Source: the human T2T-CHM13v2.0 reference genome, Homo sapiens
Assembly (NCBI RefSeq): GCF_009914755.1
Contig: NC_060932.1
Strand: one strand, 5' to 3'
DNA length: 64,000 nt
Positions 1 through 14,717 of this stretch are shown here, in pieces. The translations under genes and the position numbers were made by a program. Numbering within the stretch: position 1 is the stretch's first letter; every line of letters begins with the position of its first letter. The notes below the pieces were generated by a model. That model made no database searches and had not been told where the DNA came from. It saw only the letters and a program-made list of their open reading frames with translations.

Positions 1-2231
1 AAGTGTCTCAATGTATAAAAGCCTGGTTAAGGCTAACCTGTAATCACAATGTATCCATATAATCACATAATGATGCCTTCAGAGGCAGGGGTGTGCGCGG
101 AGCACGCTGGAGAAGGAAGCCCCGAGCTCTCAGTGGAACAGTCAAGGGCTGCAAAGTGTAGCTCGAGAACGGGGCGTTAATTGAGAGCTTCCTACCTGCC
201 AAGTATCATGCCAGGCACTAAACATAAATTCCGAGGGCTTAACCCTTACCATCATCCCACGCGGCAGCTGTGGCTCCTGTTCCAAGCGAGGGAGCCAGGG
301 CTCCCGGAGATCAAATGGTCACCTGCAATCAAAGGGAGCAGCAGATCTTTGCCAGTTTCTTTGTGTGGTCACACAGTCTCCGCCCCTTCCCATGGGTGGG
401 GGCCCGGCGGGAGGGGTCGATTTCCCTCCTGTGCGCAGCAGTGGTGGTATGTGGGTCCCGGCTGGTTTACTGGCTGTGGGGAGAGCTTCCCTGTCCCCTC
501 TGTCACTGTCCTTGGTGGACTAAAACGCAGGCACATGATCTTGGCCACCTGGATGTTTCCACTCGGGGCTCAGCGGCAGTGACACCAAGGACCCGTGAAA
601 ACAATATGTAGCAGCAGCAACAGGATTAAGAGTGGAGCAGAAGTAGCCTCAGGTCCCAGAGCAGCTCCCCAAGGGTGTACCTGAACCGGGAGGCATCCAG
701 GTGTGACCTCAGCTGGGTCCGGCAGTAGCCGAGCCTCCTGAACCCCCATCCTGACTCTGAGTGGCTCCTTGAACTGCCTGATAGCCTTCCCAGGCACCTG
801 CTGTTCTGCTGAAGTTGACCAGAGTCCATTTCTGTTGCTGGCAGTTAAGAACCCTGATTCTCAAGCAGCAGCTGCAGGATTCACACCAGGCCCTTTGCAT
901 CAAAGCTGCACCCTTTCCTTTAGGATCCTGCTTCTCATGATGGGGAGAGAGAGGCTTCCTCACTCCTCTGGTGTGCACACGCACGGGGGAGAAGCTTATA
1001 GAAGGGGCGGGGGTGTTAAGGAGAGTTGTCTTTCAGCTTGACTTTGGAAAAGAGCCAGTGCTTTGATCGGCCACAGGCCAGGAAGGCCCGAGCACTTAGC
1101 GGCCTCCGGAGAGCCACCTGCCGATGCCCTCGAGACACCTTCAGCCAACCAAGGGCCCTCAGAGGCAGGAGGAAGCCTGTCACCTAATAATGCCCTGCAC
1201 AGCCTCCACCCACTCAGAAGGACTGAGGCTTCCCAGGGAAGGGACAGAAAACTTGGGAAGCCAGGGATTTCCAGCGCAGAGAGCTGGGGCTGTCTGTGGG
1301 GTGAGTAGGGGCCAGAAAGCATAGCCAGCGGGACAGGAGTCCTTTGAAGAGACACCATTGTTGCCAAGGCCACAGCGGTGCAGGTCACACCAGCCAGTTA
1401 CAGGGATCAGAGACCCAACCCCAGAATCACATTCCTCATGACCCATGCGTTCAGAAGAGCCTCTGAACTCCAAGGGGCAAAGCGGACAGCTGGCAGCCCT
1501 TTCCCTGGCCAGCAGAGGTGGCAGTTCTGGTAAAACTAAGAGTGGGGAGGAACATGAACTTGCTTTACTGATTCCCTTCCATTAATAAAACAGAGGACCC
1601 TACACGGGGCGCTTCATAAATGTGCTCTTGCTTAATCACCAACAAAAATCTGCAAGGAAAACGCAATGAACAGCACAGGAGCCGACAGGAGACGTCCTCA
1701 ACACAACCACCGGCGGAGGCACTGCGGACGAAAGTGTGCGGAGATTGAAGCGGGTCCTCCACAAAAGGTGGGCGAACGGTACCAAGCAGGGGTTCTGTGT
1801 TACAGCTCCTCTCTGCTTAACACCCGAGAAATTCTTTCTTTGACTATGAGCACAGAGGTTGTTAATAGCCTTCAAGGAAAACCAGTGTAGAGCCCAGAGG
1901 AGGAGCTCAATATAAATCAGATAAATAAAAAAATATGAAAAATGAAGCTCTATTGAATGAACAAAGCACAGGCACCGGCTGGGTGGGTTCTGGAGGTAGG
2001 GATGAGCTCTGGCTGTGCCTTAGATGGGCTGGACTCATAACATGAGAACTTCTCCACAGACAGGAAGGGCATTCGGGTGTGGGGGCAGGCACAAATGGAA
2101 CACGCATCCCTACAGGTGTGTATCTTGTTGACCTAAGAGGAGGGCAGGAGGTGGGAAAATCCTCGTTAAAGTCACCAAGCCTGAGGATCACAGAGGAGTG
2201 CAAGTGGGTGCGGCCTGACCCATTATTAACT

Positions 2232-3100
<869 letters not shown>

Positions 3101-4467
3101 GAGTGGATGTGCCTGACTCCAAACCCCTTTGTGTTCTCTGACTTGCATCTGACAAAGGTTCCAACATGGATTAACACCAGAGTCTACTGATTGTAATATT
3201 TCATTATCAAAAACATCTATTTTGATAACCCTTCTAAGGACTAGGAAACAAATGCCAGATCCAGATAATCCACTTAACTTGTCCCACTTAGCATTTATCC
3301 AAACAAGAGAGAAAAAGTCACCTTGAATTGCACAGAAGCCATTTCTGAAACTGACTTCACAGTACAGTCCTGTCCAAAGGCAGATGCAGCAGTCTGCCCT
3401 GAGTGCATCAGCAACACTGACTAAGTGAGCACGGGGAATGGGAGTGAAGCGTCCTCTTCTAGGCATGCCTAGAGGCTGACAGTGCTGGAGAGGGAGGAGA
3501 CTGCGAACTGAGGAATAGCAGGAAAGTTCCCAAGAGCCACCGGGCAACTTCCTGCGCCAGACAGGAGGCAGGCTATGAAATCACTGAGTGTGGATACGAC
3601 AGCCGGGTGTAAATCTCACTGAAGCAGGGGGCCTGGGCAATCGCCTCCGACTTCAGTCTCTGTCCCACAGCAGGGCCTTTCTGTGGCCTCAGGATGCAAG
3701 TCTAATTTTGCCTGCTGGCATCTGGGGTCCTCCAGAGCCTGGCCTCCTGACAGCCCAGCCCTGATCTTCCTGCTCTCCCTGCAGAAGCCCCCATTCTCTC
3801 TTAAGGAGTCCCCAGATGACAGCCAGCACAGCCCTGCCGGCACCATCCTCTCCCAGCCACAAGAGCCAACCCCCACCTCAACCCCAGTAGCTGTGACTGT
3901 GCCTGCCATATAAACGGCGGCCACCACCCTGCTGAGCCACCAGATACCCCACATGCCAGCCCCTGAGGTTGGCAAGGCACATTCCTGAGCGGCAGGATAC
4001 TGAGTGACCCCCCTTCCTCCCGCCACCCCAGACCCTCTTCCCTGACTCCTGTGTGCGCTGAAAGCAGAGGTGCTAGAGGCACATCTGGCATCTCTGCACA
4101 TCTGCCTGATGCTAAATCACTGGGTAACTGGAAACATACAGGTGGGGGGAGATTCTGCTCAGACAGGCAGACCTGGCACACACATTCACCCTGTTCCCTC
4201 CTGAAACCCACAGAGAGACAGACAGTGCCAGAATACATATGATATGAAGCCACCAGGAAGAGGAGGCAATGACAGCTGTGGAAAGAGGGCAACAAATTTT
4301 TGGAAGAAGCAAAGAGGATGGGTGAGGGGTAACTGACCTAACAGGGCAGCAGAAGCTAAACCCTGGGAGGCGACGCCAAGGAGACAAGGCCACTGCTGGA
4401 GGTGGGGAGGTGAGGGTTCACGAAGCAGGAGCAGCCACGGGGCATGGGCAGGGATGAGCAATGGGTG

Positions 4468-4685
4468 CAGAGTGGCAGCTGAACGACCATGACGGATCCT
4501 GCGAGCCAGGGTCCAGCCGGAGCTGACAAAGTTTCAGGGATTTCACGAGTTGGCTGACATCGTGTTGGGACCTTGAAACTGGCCACTACAGGAGTGTTTA
4601 CATCTCAGAAACCAGCAAATGCTACAGACCAGGGCTCCCCCATCCCCTGAGAGCTGGCTGTTAAACTTCTACCAGCACACCACTG
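4468..4685 (+). mobile_element. MER63A-like hAT DNA transposon relic
   Basis: Terminal 'gagagctggctgttaaacttctaccagcacaccactg' and internal 'ttgaaactggcc...ggagtgtttac' resemble the MER63 consensus. Left edge approximate. Confidence 0.7.
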
Positions 4686-5149
4686 CGTAAAGCTCTCCTC
4701 CTTCAAATGGCCAGGGATGAACAGGACCTCGGTGGACGGTGCAGAAGTTCTATTCTTGGTAGGACTTGGGCCAGGAAGCCTCTGGACTCAAGATTCCATG
4801 AAGGAGGGATGAAGGCAAAGTCCTGACATGAATTATGGGGAGGGGCAGCCTCCTTCTTGGATGTGGCTCCCTGAATGCTGGCAGTGAGATCCATGGCATA
4901 CTCCAGGATCTCCTCTGGCCAGGCCAGAGGACAGACCAGGCCAGAGGACAGACTCAGGATAGGTGGGGGAGTCCCTAATGAACTCTGGGTGGGGCCCACC
5001 ATGCTTCCTGTCCGTGAAGCCCACCAGTCAGCCATCCTGCCCAAGCACAGAGACCAGCACTTCCCATCTACTTTAGGGCCTCATAGGAACAAAGGCCAAA
5101 GGGCACAGCCACTTGAGGACCACCTTTAAAGTAAAAGAGACAAAGATAA

Positions 5150-6742
5150 ATGAAGGGGAAGACAAAGAGGAAGGCAGAAACAATTCACAGAACAAAGAAA
5201 CCTTCACAGAAAGTGGCAATTAATATTCTCACAGAGATAAGAAAAGGCAGTCCAGCCATTACAAAAGAACAAGGTTCTATAAAAAGGAACTGAGAACAAG
5301 GAAGAGCTCTTGGAAATTAAAAATTAAATAAAAAAATTTAATACAGAGATTGGATATGAAATTGTGGATATTTTCCAGGAAGCAGTATAAGCATTCTAAG
5401 AGATAGGAAACAGCAAAGAAAAGAAAATTAAAGGACTAGCCAAGGAGGTCCAAGATCCAGTAAACAGGCATTCTGGAAGAGAAAACCCAGGAACAGGGAG
5501 GTAGAATTAGTTTAAAAATCATTTTTCAGAGTCCTTGTTTTGATGCCTGTGTTTGTTTTCACTGAAATGGCCCACTGAGGGCCTAGAACAAATGAGTTTC
5601 GAAGAACAACAGCAGGAGGCATTATGTGAAATTACAGAACCAGAACATTGGAGACTGAAGAGAAGATATCAAAGGCTTCCCAAGAGAAGCAAGCAGGTCA
5701 CCTGCAAAGGATCAGGAGCTCGGAATCTGGATGGCAGGGGACTTCTCAATAGGGTGGAGGGAGCTTGTTTTTTAAAGCTATATATTTTTGGAAGCTAAGA
5801 AATGAGAGCAACACCTTCACAATTCCAAAGGGAAGAGAATCTAAATCCTAAATTCACCTGACTGATAAAGAATCTAAATCCTAAATTCTGCTGAGTGATC
5901 AATTAAATTTGAGGGAGATTTAAGATATATTTTTTTGGACATGCAATATTTCAAAAACATTTTTTTCCTATGCACTCTTTCCTGGAAAAGCACTAGAGGA
6001 TGAGCTCCAGCAAACTGAAGAAGTAAACTGATAAAGAGAAAGGCAGGAGAAGCAGAAGCAGGATCTGGCATAGATGAGAGTCCAGAGGCTTGCTGGGGAC
6101 AGTGGGAGGAATGTGCCAGGACCACAGCCCTGCAGCAGACCTGGAGGACATCAGGCCACATGGAAGCAGGACATGAGAACGCTGGAGAGATATCTCCTGG
6201 AACCACGCATGCACACACGATGTAGCTGATGGGTTTGGTGGTATTGAGAGGAATTTTGTGGTTCTGATGGAAAGTTCAAGAAAAATTAGCGTCACAGAAA
6301 AATAAACACTGCAGAAAATACAATTATAATTCTAGAAAAAGCAAAAAAAACTGTTTAAGGAAGGGAAGTATAATCATAATACATGCTTGGCTTAGCTGTG
6401 AAAAACAATCGCATTGTCACAGTAAAAATGAACAGAAGAACTCTGTGGGGATTTAACCAAGAACTGTGATAGAACTGTAGTAGACAGGTAGAGGCGAGCA
6501 GCCCACAGACGATGTCTAACACCGAAAGATCACACTACACCAGCGTACTCTATTTGGCATTAATTCAGTCATATTTTCAAGGTAAATACCTAAGGAAACA
6601 GTTTAGCATTTGCAGAAGCGCCTCTGAGGACTGGCGCTGGGTGATGGGGCAGGCAGGAGTAAGGACTGCTGGTCTTCGTTATGTGCCTTGTGGAACGAAT
6701 TGGCTTTTTAAGTCACATGTATATATCACTTAAAAATAAAAA
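5150..6742 (+). mobile_element. HAL1 (half-L1) element, degenerate ORF1-like region plus 3' end
   Basis: A-rich ORF1-like text ('gaagagctcttggaaattaaaa', 'ggaggtccaagatccag') and a HAL1-type 3' end 'ggactgctggtcttcgttatgtgccttgtggaac...aaaaataaaa'. No intact ORF. Confidence 0.75.
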
Positions 6743-6867
6743 ACCTTTACAGAAAACTCATCATTAAAGAAAAATGTTAATGAGTTAAATAGATATTTTT
6801 AACCAGAGACTCCTATATAAATTAGTGTATTTTCTGCACCCCCAAAAGACACAAACCAAGAGTAAAG

Positions 6868-7050
6868 GTGTTGGAATCAGGGCCTAGAATTTGAACCCTT
6901 GGAAGAGCTTTGCCTTCCAGGGGCATGGGCTATAGCTAAGGTGAACCTCAGTTTCCTCAACTATGGAATGGGGGAAAACATAAGCTACTTTACATGGGTT
7001 TCGGGAAGGTTAAAAACACCGAGTGTGTGAGGCTGGGCCAGAACGGTGCT
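6868..7050 (+). mobile_element. MIR SINE relic
   Basis: MIR core 'cctcagtttcctcaactatggaatgggg'. Confidence 0.65.
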
Positions 7051-7331
7051 TTGCAGACAGCTGCTAGAAGGTTCTAGAGCTGCAAGCTCCACGCCTGGCC
7101 CTGACAGCTTCCTCCAAATGGGTGTGACCGGCCCACTTCTCCACCCTTCCTCAGGCTGTCTTCTCAGCTCTCCTGAGCTCTACCAGGGAAGGGGTCTGAG
7201 ATGCAGAGGCCGGGTGCCAGCTGCTCAAGGACTGTGCTGCCGGTCTCCCTGTGTCCCCACAAGCAGGGCGTGCCCCAGCAGGTAGAACATAAAGAGGAGG
7301 CAAACTAGGCCCACTCTGATGAGGTCTCACA

Positions 7332-7400
7332 TCTGTGTGACCTAGAGTAAGTCACGTCCCCTCTTGCACCTCAGTTTCCTCCTCTTAAAATGTCATGACA
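7332..7400 (+). mobile_element. MIR core fragment
   Basis: 'ctgtgtgacctagagtaagtcac...cctcagtttcctcctcttaaaatg'. Confidence 0.7.
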
Positions 7401-7945
7401 AGGCACCTGCTGTGGGGCTGGTGTGGGGACAGTGCAAGAAGGGAGGGGGAGCACCAGCTCAGACTCCTCCTGTCCCACAAGCAACACGCTGCAGTGCCTC
7501 CCAGGCCCACGGCCAGCCCCCTTCTCCCATCATGCTCCGGAGAGAAGGCACCTTCTGGAACCGTCCTCTAGAACGATGGCAGATGCCGCAGGAATGAGAC
7601 TTGGTGCTGGTCTATGAGCCGAGAAGGGCCAGGCCTAGAGAGGAGGGGAGCACCAGGCCTCCCTGAACACCGTTCCCAGCACCTTGGCAGCAGCACCGGG
7701 TGGGGAGAGGCAAACAGCTCACCATGAGGCCCGAAGAGCTGCCTCTGGGCCCAGCTCTGCTCAGCACTAGTTGAGGGGCCTCGGAAAGCTGGTGCCCAGG
7801 TCAGCAAGGCAGGCTTCCTGGGGTCTAATGTGTGCAAGGCTGCAGAATGGGCTGCCTGGGGACACAGAATGAATCAGATGTCACAGGCCCTAAGGAGCCC
7901 ACAGAATCATGGGAAAGACAGGCAGGTAGCAGACAAAAACCACAT

Positions 7946-8027
7946 GGTGACAGCGCCAGGGCAGAGGTGACGGCACCGGGGGTGAGGTGACGGTGCCGGG
8001 GCAGAGGTGACAGCGTGGGGGCAGAGG
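7946..8027. repeat. Minisatellite, 4 x 20-bp G-rich unit (GGTGACRGYRYYGGGGCAGA)
   Basis: GGTGAC recurs at 7946, 7966, 7986 and 8006. Confidence 0.9.
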
Positions 8028-8689
8028 GCTGCAGACAGGAATGTGGCTCACAGAAGACAGACCTCACAGCCCAGCCCAGGGGTCGGTGAGGGTGCCCCAG
8101 AAAGTTCCTGGAAAAGGTGACACCAGAATCCAGCTCAGTCCAGCTGACTCAAAAGTCCCCTTTTCTCTCCCTGCATCTTCCCTCACTGCCTCTGAGCTCC
8201 CGCCTCTGAGCTCGAAGCCCGGCAAGAAGAATCACGTTCCTCCGGCAGCCGCCACAGCTGTTCAGTCCACCCAGCAGCCCTGTGCTCCGCGAGGCAGGCG
8301 GTGGGCGGCCAGGGGCAGGCTGTGATGTCAAACAGGGAGAATTATGTCTGCTGGGAGAGGCGGCAGAACAGAGATGAAGCCTCGAGCTGGGCCTGTTTCC
8401 ATGCCAATGGCCTTCCCCGTGGAGACACGGCGATGAGAAGCCAAAAACAGTCACCGTCGCTGCTCAGAACCCCTCAAGCTGTCAGGAAATGGGGGAGAAA
8501 TTGCTCAGCTTGGGAGAGCAGACTGTCTAGCAGGAGGGAGGGTGAGAAGTCCCTCAGGCAAGAGCAGGCCCAGGAAAAGGACCCCGGGGCCCCTGAGGAG
8601 GACATTAAAGGACAGGACAGTGAATCCAGAGTTCAGAGGCTCCTCTGGGCCCAGTTTTACTTCCCTAAATTCAGATCTCACAGCTCTCC

Positions 8690-8790
8690 TTCCAGGTAGA
8701 TAGGAAGCTGAGACTCTGAAATACTAACTTTTCCAGTTGTACAGCCAATAAGTAGCAGGGCTAGAACCTGAATCCAGGTCTGTTTTCAAA
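8690..8790 (-). mobile_element. MIR relic
   Basis: 'gataggaagctgagactc...agtagcagggctagaacctgaatccaggtctg'. Confidence 0.65.
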
Positions 8791-8822
8791 GCTTTCCCTC
8801 CTAAACTCTGCTAGTTAGCCTC

Positions 8823-8870
8823 AAAAAAAGAAAGGAAAGGAAAGGAAAAAGGAAAGGAAAGGAAGAAAAA
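8823..8870. repeat. (GGAAA)n purine-rich simple repeat
   Basis: Direct reading of the sequence. Confidence 0.9.
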
Positions 8871-9509
8871 CAGTAGCTGTGAGCTCCAAGGGTTGCTATC
8901 CTAAAAAACTCCCAGAAGGTGCCAAAGACAGACAGAAGGTGTGGTTTCAGAATCCTGCACCCAAGGAGTTCCTATAAATCACCCAACGTGCTTGCAGAGC
9001 AGGGTCTGGAAAACGATGCTGCTAGCTCCTTGAGGACAGACATGGCTGGGCACCGAGTTGATGCCAGCAGGGCCATTGATGTCACAGGAAACCCGCATGC
9101 TCCTTGCTGCCACCAGTATGTGTACGGCAAAGCTGCCAGCACCTGGGCCCGACTCTTAGCAGCTTCCCCCAGGTCCTGTTGTGGGTCAGTTTCAATCCCA
9201 GGGTTGCCTGTAAAGTCCTGCAGTGGACAGTCTGTTTTAGACTGCCTTAGAACATCTGTATCAGTCAATTGAGGGGAAGGGACTGCAAAAGGAAGAGAAA
9301 AAATGCAAGACAGCCTTCAGTCCGGAGAAGCTCCCATCACTCCCAGCTCCCTGCCCGCCTTCCCTGTGGCAGAAGGTGCGTGTCATCCTCTCTTACTGGA
9401 GATGAGAATGGGGGCAGGGGTAGCAAATAACTTGCTCGAGGTCACAAAGCTGATCTGAAATTCACATTCCTTCCATTTCTAAATCACCACAACTACTCAG
9501 CATTCATAA

Positions 9510-10039
<530 letters not shown>

Positions 10040-11164
10040 TGACGTAGAAGCCGAGGCCCAGCGAGGTTAAGGAACCTGCATGAGGGACACGGGCAGTGAG
10101 TGACGGAGCCAGGCTGGGGACCAGGCGGGTGGATTCCCGAGCCTGGATAAAACTGGCTTAACCACTGGAGAAACTGGCAAGAACGGCTGTGTTTGGCAGA
10201 TGCTATGGTTGGGAAGCACAGAGTGGGTGGGAGAACCGCAGGGCACCAGAGGGCAGCCTTGGTGACTGGGGAAGCTTCTGGAAGGGGTGGTGTGGAGGCC
10301 TGGAAGGCCAGACTTGATAGATGAGAGGGGGTGATCAGGCAAAGCGGGGCCTGGGTGAACTGGATTTTCAGAGCAAGGTTCAGAGGAAAGCCAAGGGCAA
10401 GGGGATAGTGGGTACCTTCCGGTGAAAGCAGCTGGGCCAGCCAGATGCTGGTGAGGCTTTGGGGAAAGGAGGAAAGGCTGGTCAATCTGTCCCCAGAACG
10501 TTCCTTGCCAGCCCACCAGGTGCAGATTTAGAGCAATGCTGGGTGTGTTGCAGCACTGGGAGAGCTTTGAGTCCCTGGCTTGTGGGGCTGGGAGAGACGC
10601 AAGGGGGCTGCCCCCACCTCAGCATGGAGATGGGCCACAGGGGCCGACCCAGAGGGGACAGAGGAGAGGTGGAGCCCAGAGAGTCCCCTCCCACCCCACT
10701 GCTCCTCAGAGAACATCCCACGGCTCCTGAGTGTTCTCTGGGACCCAACTGCAGGTCTGGGACTTGCTACAAAGAATAAGACGGAGCCTCCTACAGAGGG
10801 TCATTTCATTTTTACATAATATTCACATCTTAAAATGGAAGGGCATCTGTCATGACCTCTGCAATGCCAAGCGACCCTTCCTGTGCTTCGTGGATAAGGA
10901 CACTGTCTTGGGTCCGCCAACTCCTGCCAGGAACAGTGACTTCCCACCTCCTTCCATCAGCTGCTTGGAACCAAACTCACGGCCCGCCCTCACTGCACAT
11001 GCAGGCACAGTCTCAGCTTCATTTCTGTCTCCATTTAATAACCATCTTCTTCTTTTTCTCCTTTTGCTCCAGATGATATGCATTTAAGTGTATATTATCT
11101 TGCATTTTTGATGAATCCTTGTGAGCCATTTAAGTCCTATCTTCAGTAAGGAAGAACATAAACT

Positions 11165-11166
<2 letters not shown>

Positions 11167-11216
<50 letters not shown>
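11167..11216. repeat. (AC)25 microsatellite
   Basis: Perfect 50-bp AC run. Confidence 0.98.
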
Positions 11217-11217
<1 letters not shown>

Positions 11218-12197
11218 AGCCACTGCTTTCTGAGCACCCCCAGGGTGCTGCAGGCTGGGCCTGGTGCTCTGTGCAGGTCAGCCCCATCAGCCCCATGCCT
11301 TGCAGGGGCCGCTGGAGCAGGTTCACAGCGCCCCATCTGGAGTTAAGTCAATGAGGTTAGAGAGGCCAAGACACCAGTTCAGTGGACATGGCTGGGGATA
11401 GCAGGTTCAGGCTGCAAATCTCATATATTTCCACATGCCATGCAGCAGTGGAGGGCACAGCTGTGTCTCTTTTTGAGGACAGAATCTTAGAATGCTACTT
11501 ATGGCAGTTACATCTCAGGAGTTCCTTTTTCCTTGAAAACTGAGAAGTTGATAGACTACCGAGAGGATGAACTAGTGGCAAAGGAGCAGGATGAGTCTGC
11601 GATTCAGTGCTGCTCCAGGCAGCCAGACCCATGGATCGTCCTCACGGCCCTCAATCGAGCAGTCGCAGCGTGCCCTCCTGGTCTCCTGCCCCACAGGCCT
11701 GGCTTCTCGTTCATTAACCCCTTACCCGTGGATGCGTCCTGGCAGCAGGCGCCACGTGGCTGGTGAGAAGGGCGAGGCTTGGGCCCATGGCTGCTGCTCA
11801 CCGCACAGCCTTCTCTTTAGAAGGTTTTTCCTTTGCAAGGGTCCTAATGATTTCTGCTTCCTCCACTGCTGGGGACCACTCAGCCATGAGCTGCTCACTC
11901 CTCTATGGGATGGATGGTGAAATAGAGGCAACTTAGGTAAAGACTTTCGGGAATACCTCCAGGCTATGGGAACAGACAGAGCCATATACAACATGACCTG
12001 CACTCTTGGGTCAGGGAGAGACTTGCTTACTCATGTCTTACAAAGCCATACCGAGATCCCCAAAGACAAATAGGAGGATCACAAAAATGTGCTGAATTAA
12101 TCCACTTCAGTTCCACAATTTATTCTTAAGCTACTGTGTGTACCAGTATATGCTAAGTAATTGGGCATACACTGTTTATACATGAGTGTAGGGCTTA

Positions 12198-12298
12198 CTA
12201 TCCTGATTTCATGGATGAGAAAAGAGAGGCTCAAAGACTTCAGGTCATTTGCCCTTGGCTAGTTAGTGACTGACCTCGGGGCTTTCTGACTCCAAAGA
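12198..12298 (-). mobile_element. MIR relic
   Basis: 'gatgagaaaagagaggctcaaagacttcaggtcatttgccc...tctgactccaaag'. Confidence 0.6.
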
Positions 12299-12402
12299 GT
12301 ATTCTTAACAGCTTCCTGCATGCATGCCCTGTCTCTAGGTGCTGGGCCCTGTGCAGTGATGAAATGATGTGATCCCTCCCTCAGGGGTGGAGAGTCTGAT
12401 TA

Positions 12403-12735
<333 letters not shown>

Positions 12736-12747
12736 TAGTAACACAGT

Positions 12748-12900
12748 CAGTGGTGTGCTGGTATATGTTTAACAACTGGCTATTGTGGGGGTAACCTGAC
12801 TTTTAATATTTGCCAATTTCTAGGGTGTAAATACTTCCTGCCTGGCTGATTTCTAGTTACCAATGTGATGTTAACTGGCTTATGAAATTCCTGACAATGT
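12748..12900 (-). mobile_element. MER63A-like hAT transposon relic
   Basis: Terminal 'cagtggtgtgctggtatatgtttaacaactggct' is the reverse complement of the end of the copy at 4468-4685. Confidence 0.75.
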
Positions 12901-13096
12901 GAGCTGTCCAAGTGGAGTGAACAGTCTTGCTCCTCCGTCGCCTGGCAAAGCCCTTCCCCATTCTATGAGAACCAGGTCAAATGGCAATACCTAGGGAAAA
13001 CTTTCCTTGTCCTCTTCAGACACAATTTGTCACACTCTTTTCTGTGACCTCTTAGTCCCTTGTACACATCTTAACCACAAGATTGATTCTCTAGTA

Positions 13097-13620
13097 CAGG
13101 GGTCCCCAACCCCCTGGCCACAGACTGGTACCGGTCTATGTCCCGTTAGGAACCAGGCTGGAGAGCAGGAGGTGAGCGGCGGGTGAAGCTTCATCTGTAT
13201 TTGCAGCCACCCCGCATCGTTTGTATTCCTGCCTGAGCTCTACCTCCTGTCAGATCAGCAGTGGCATTAAATTCTCACAGAAGCACAAACCCTATTGTGA
13301 ACTGCACATGTGATGGATCTAGGCTGCGTGCTCCTTATGAGAATCTAATGCCTTATGATCTGTCACTGTCTCCCATCATCCCCAGATGGGACCATCTAGT
13401 CTAGCTGCAGGAAAACAGGCTCAAGGCTCCCACTGATACTACATTATGGTGAGTTATATAATTATTTCATTATATATTACAGTGTAATAATAGTAGAAAT
13501 AAAGTGCACGATAAATGTAACAGGCTTGAATCATCCTGAAAGCATCCCCCACCACTGTCCATGGAAAAATGGCCTTCCAAGAAACCAGTCCCTGATGCCA
13601 AAAAGGTTGGGGACCACCTG
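13097..13620 (+). mobile_element. MER1A hAT-Charlie non-autonomous DNA transposon, full length
   Basis: TIRs 'caggggtccccaacc' and 'ggttggggaccacctg'. 8-bp TSD CTCTAGTA (13089-13096) and CTCTAGCA (13621-13628). About 525 bp. Confidence 0.93.
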
Positions 13621-13868
13621 CTCTAGCATTTATCATCATTCCTTGGAAGCCCCTGGGACAGGGACAATCTCATCAGTGCACAGAGGCGGCATATGGAAGA
13701 CAGTAGTATTTCAGAGACAACTATAGATAAATTCCACTGATGAGCACAGGGCAAAAATTCTAAATGAAGCATTAGCAAATCAAACCCAGCAGTGCATCGA
13801 AAGAATCATCCACTAGCACCAAGTATGATTAATCCAAGGAGAGCTCACACCAAGAAATCTACCATCCA

Positions 13869-14167
13869 GGCCGGGCGCAGTGGCTCACATCTGTAATCCC
13901 AATACTTTGGGAAGCCGAGATGGGTGGATCATGAGGTCAGGAGATCAAGACCATCCTGGCTAACACAGTGAAACCCCATCTCTACTAAAAATACAAAAAA
14001 TTAGCCGGGCATGGTGGCGTGCGCCTATAGTCCCAGCTACTTGGGAGGCTGAGGCAGGAGAATCACCCCGGGAGGCAGAGGTTGCAGTGAGCCAAGATTG
14101 TGCCACTGCACTCCAGCCTGGGCGACAGAGTAAGACTCTGTCTCAAAAAAAAAAAAAAAAAAAAAAA
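13869..14167 (+). mobile_element. Full-length Alu (AluSc/Y-like left arm)
   Basis: 'gagatcaagaccatcctggctaacacagtgaaacccc' and a long pure A tail. Imperfect TSD agaaatctaccatcca / agaaaactaccgtcca. Confidence 0.97.
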
Positions 14168-14256
14168 GAGAAAACTACCGTCCAAAACCATTACAACACT
14201 GAAAAGGGAAAAGAAGTTACAAGTATGCTGATAAATGCCAAAAGACATTTTTTTAA

Positions 14257-14717
<461 letters not shown>

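Noticed and set aside
11533-11766. Protein-like ORF (KTEKLIDYREDELVAKEQDE...)
   Set aside because: There is no recognisable family, no ATG start and no convincing flanking splice sites.
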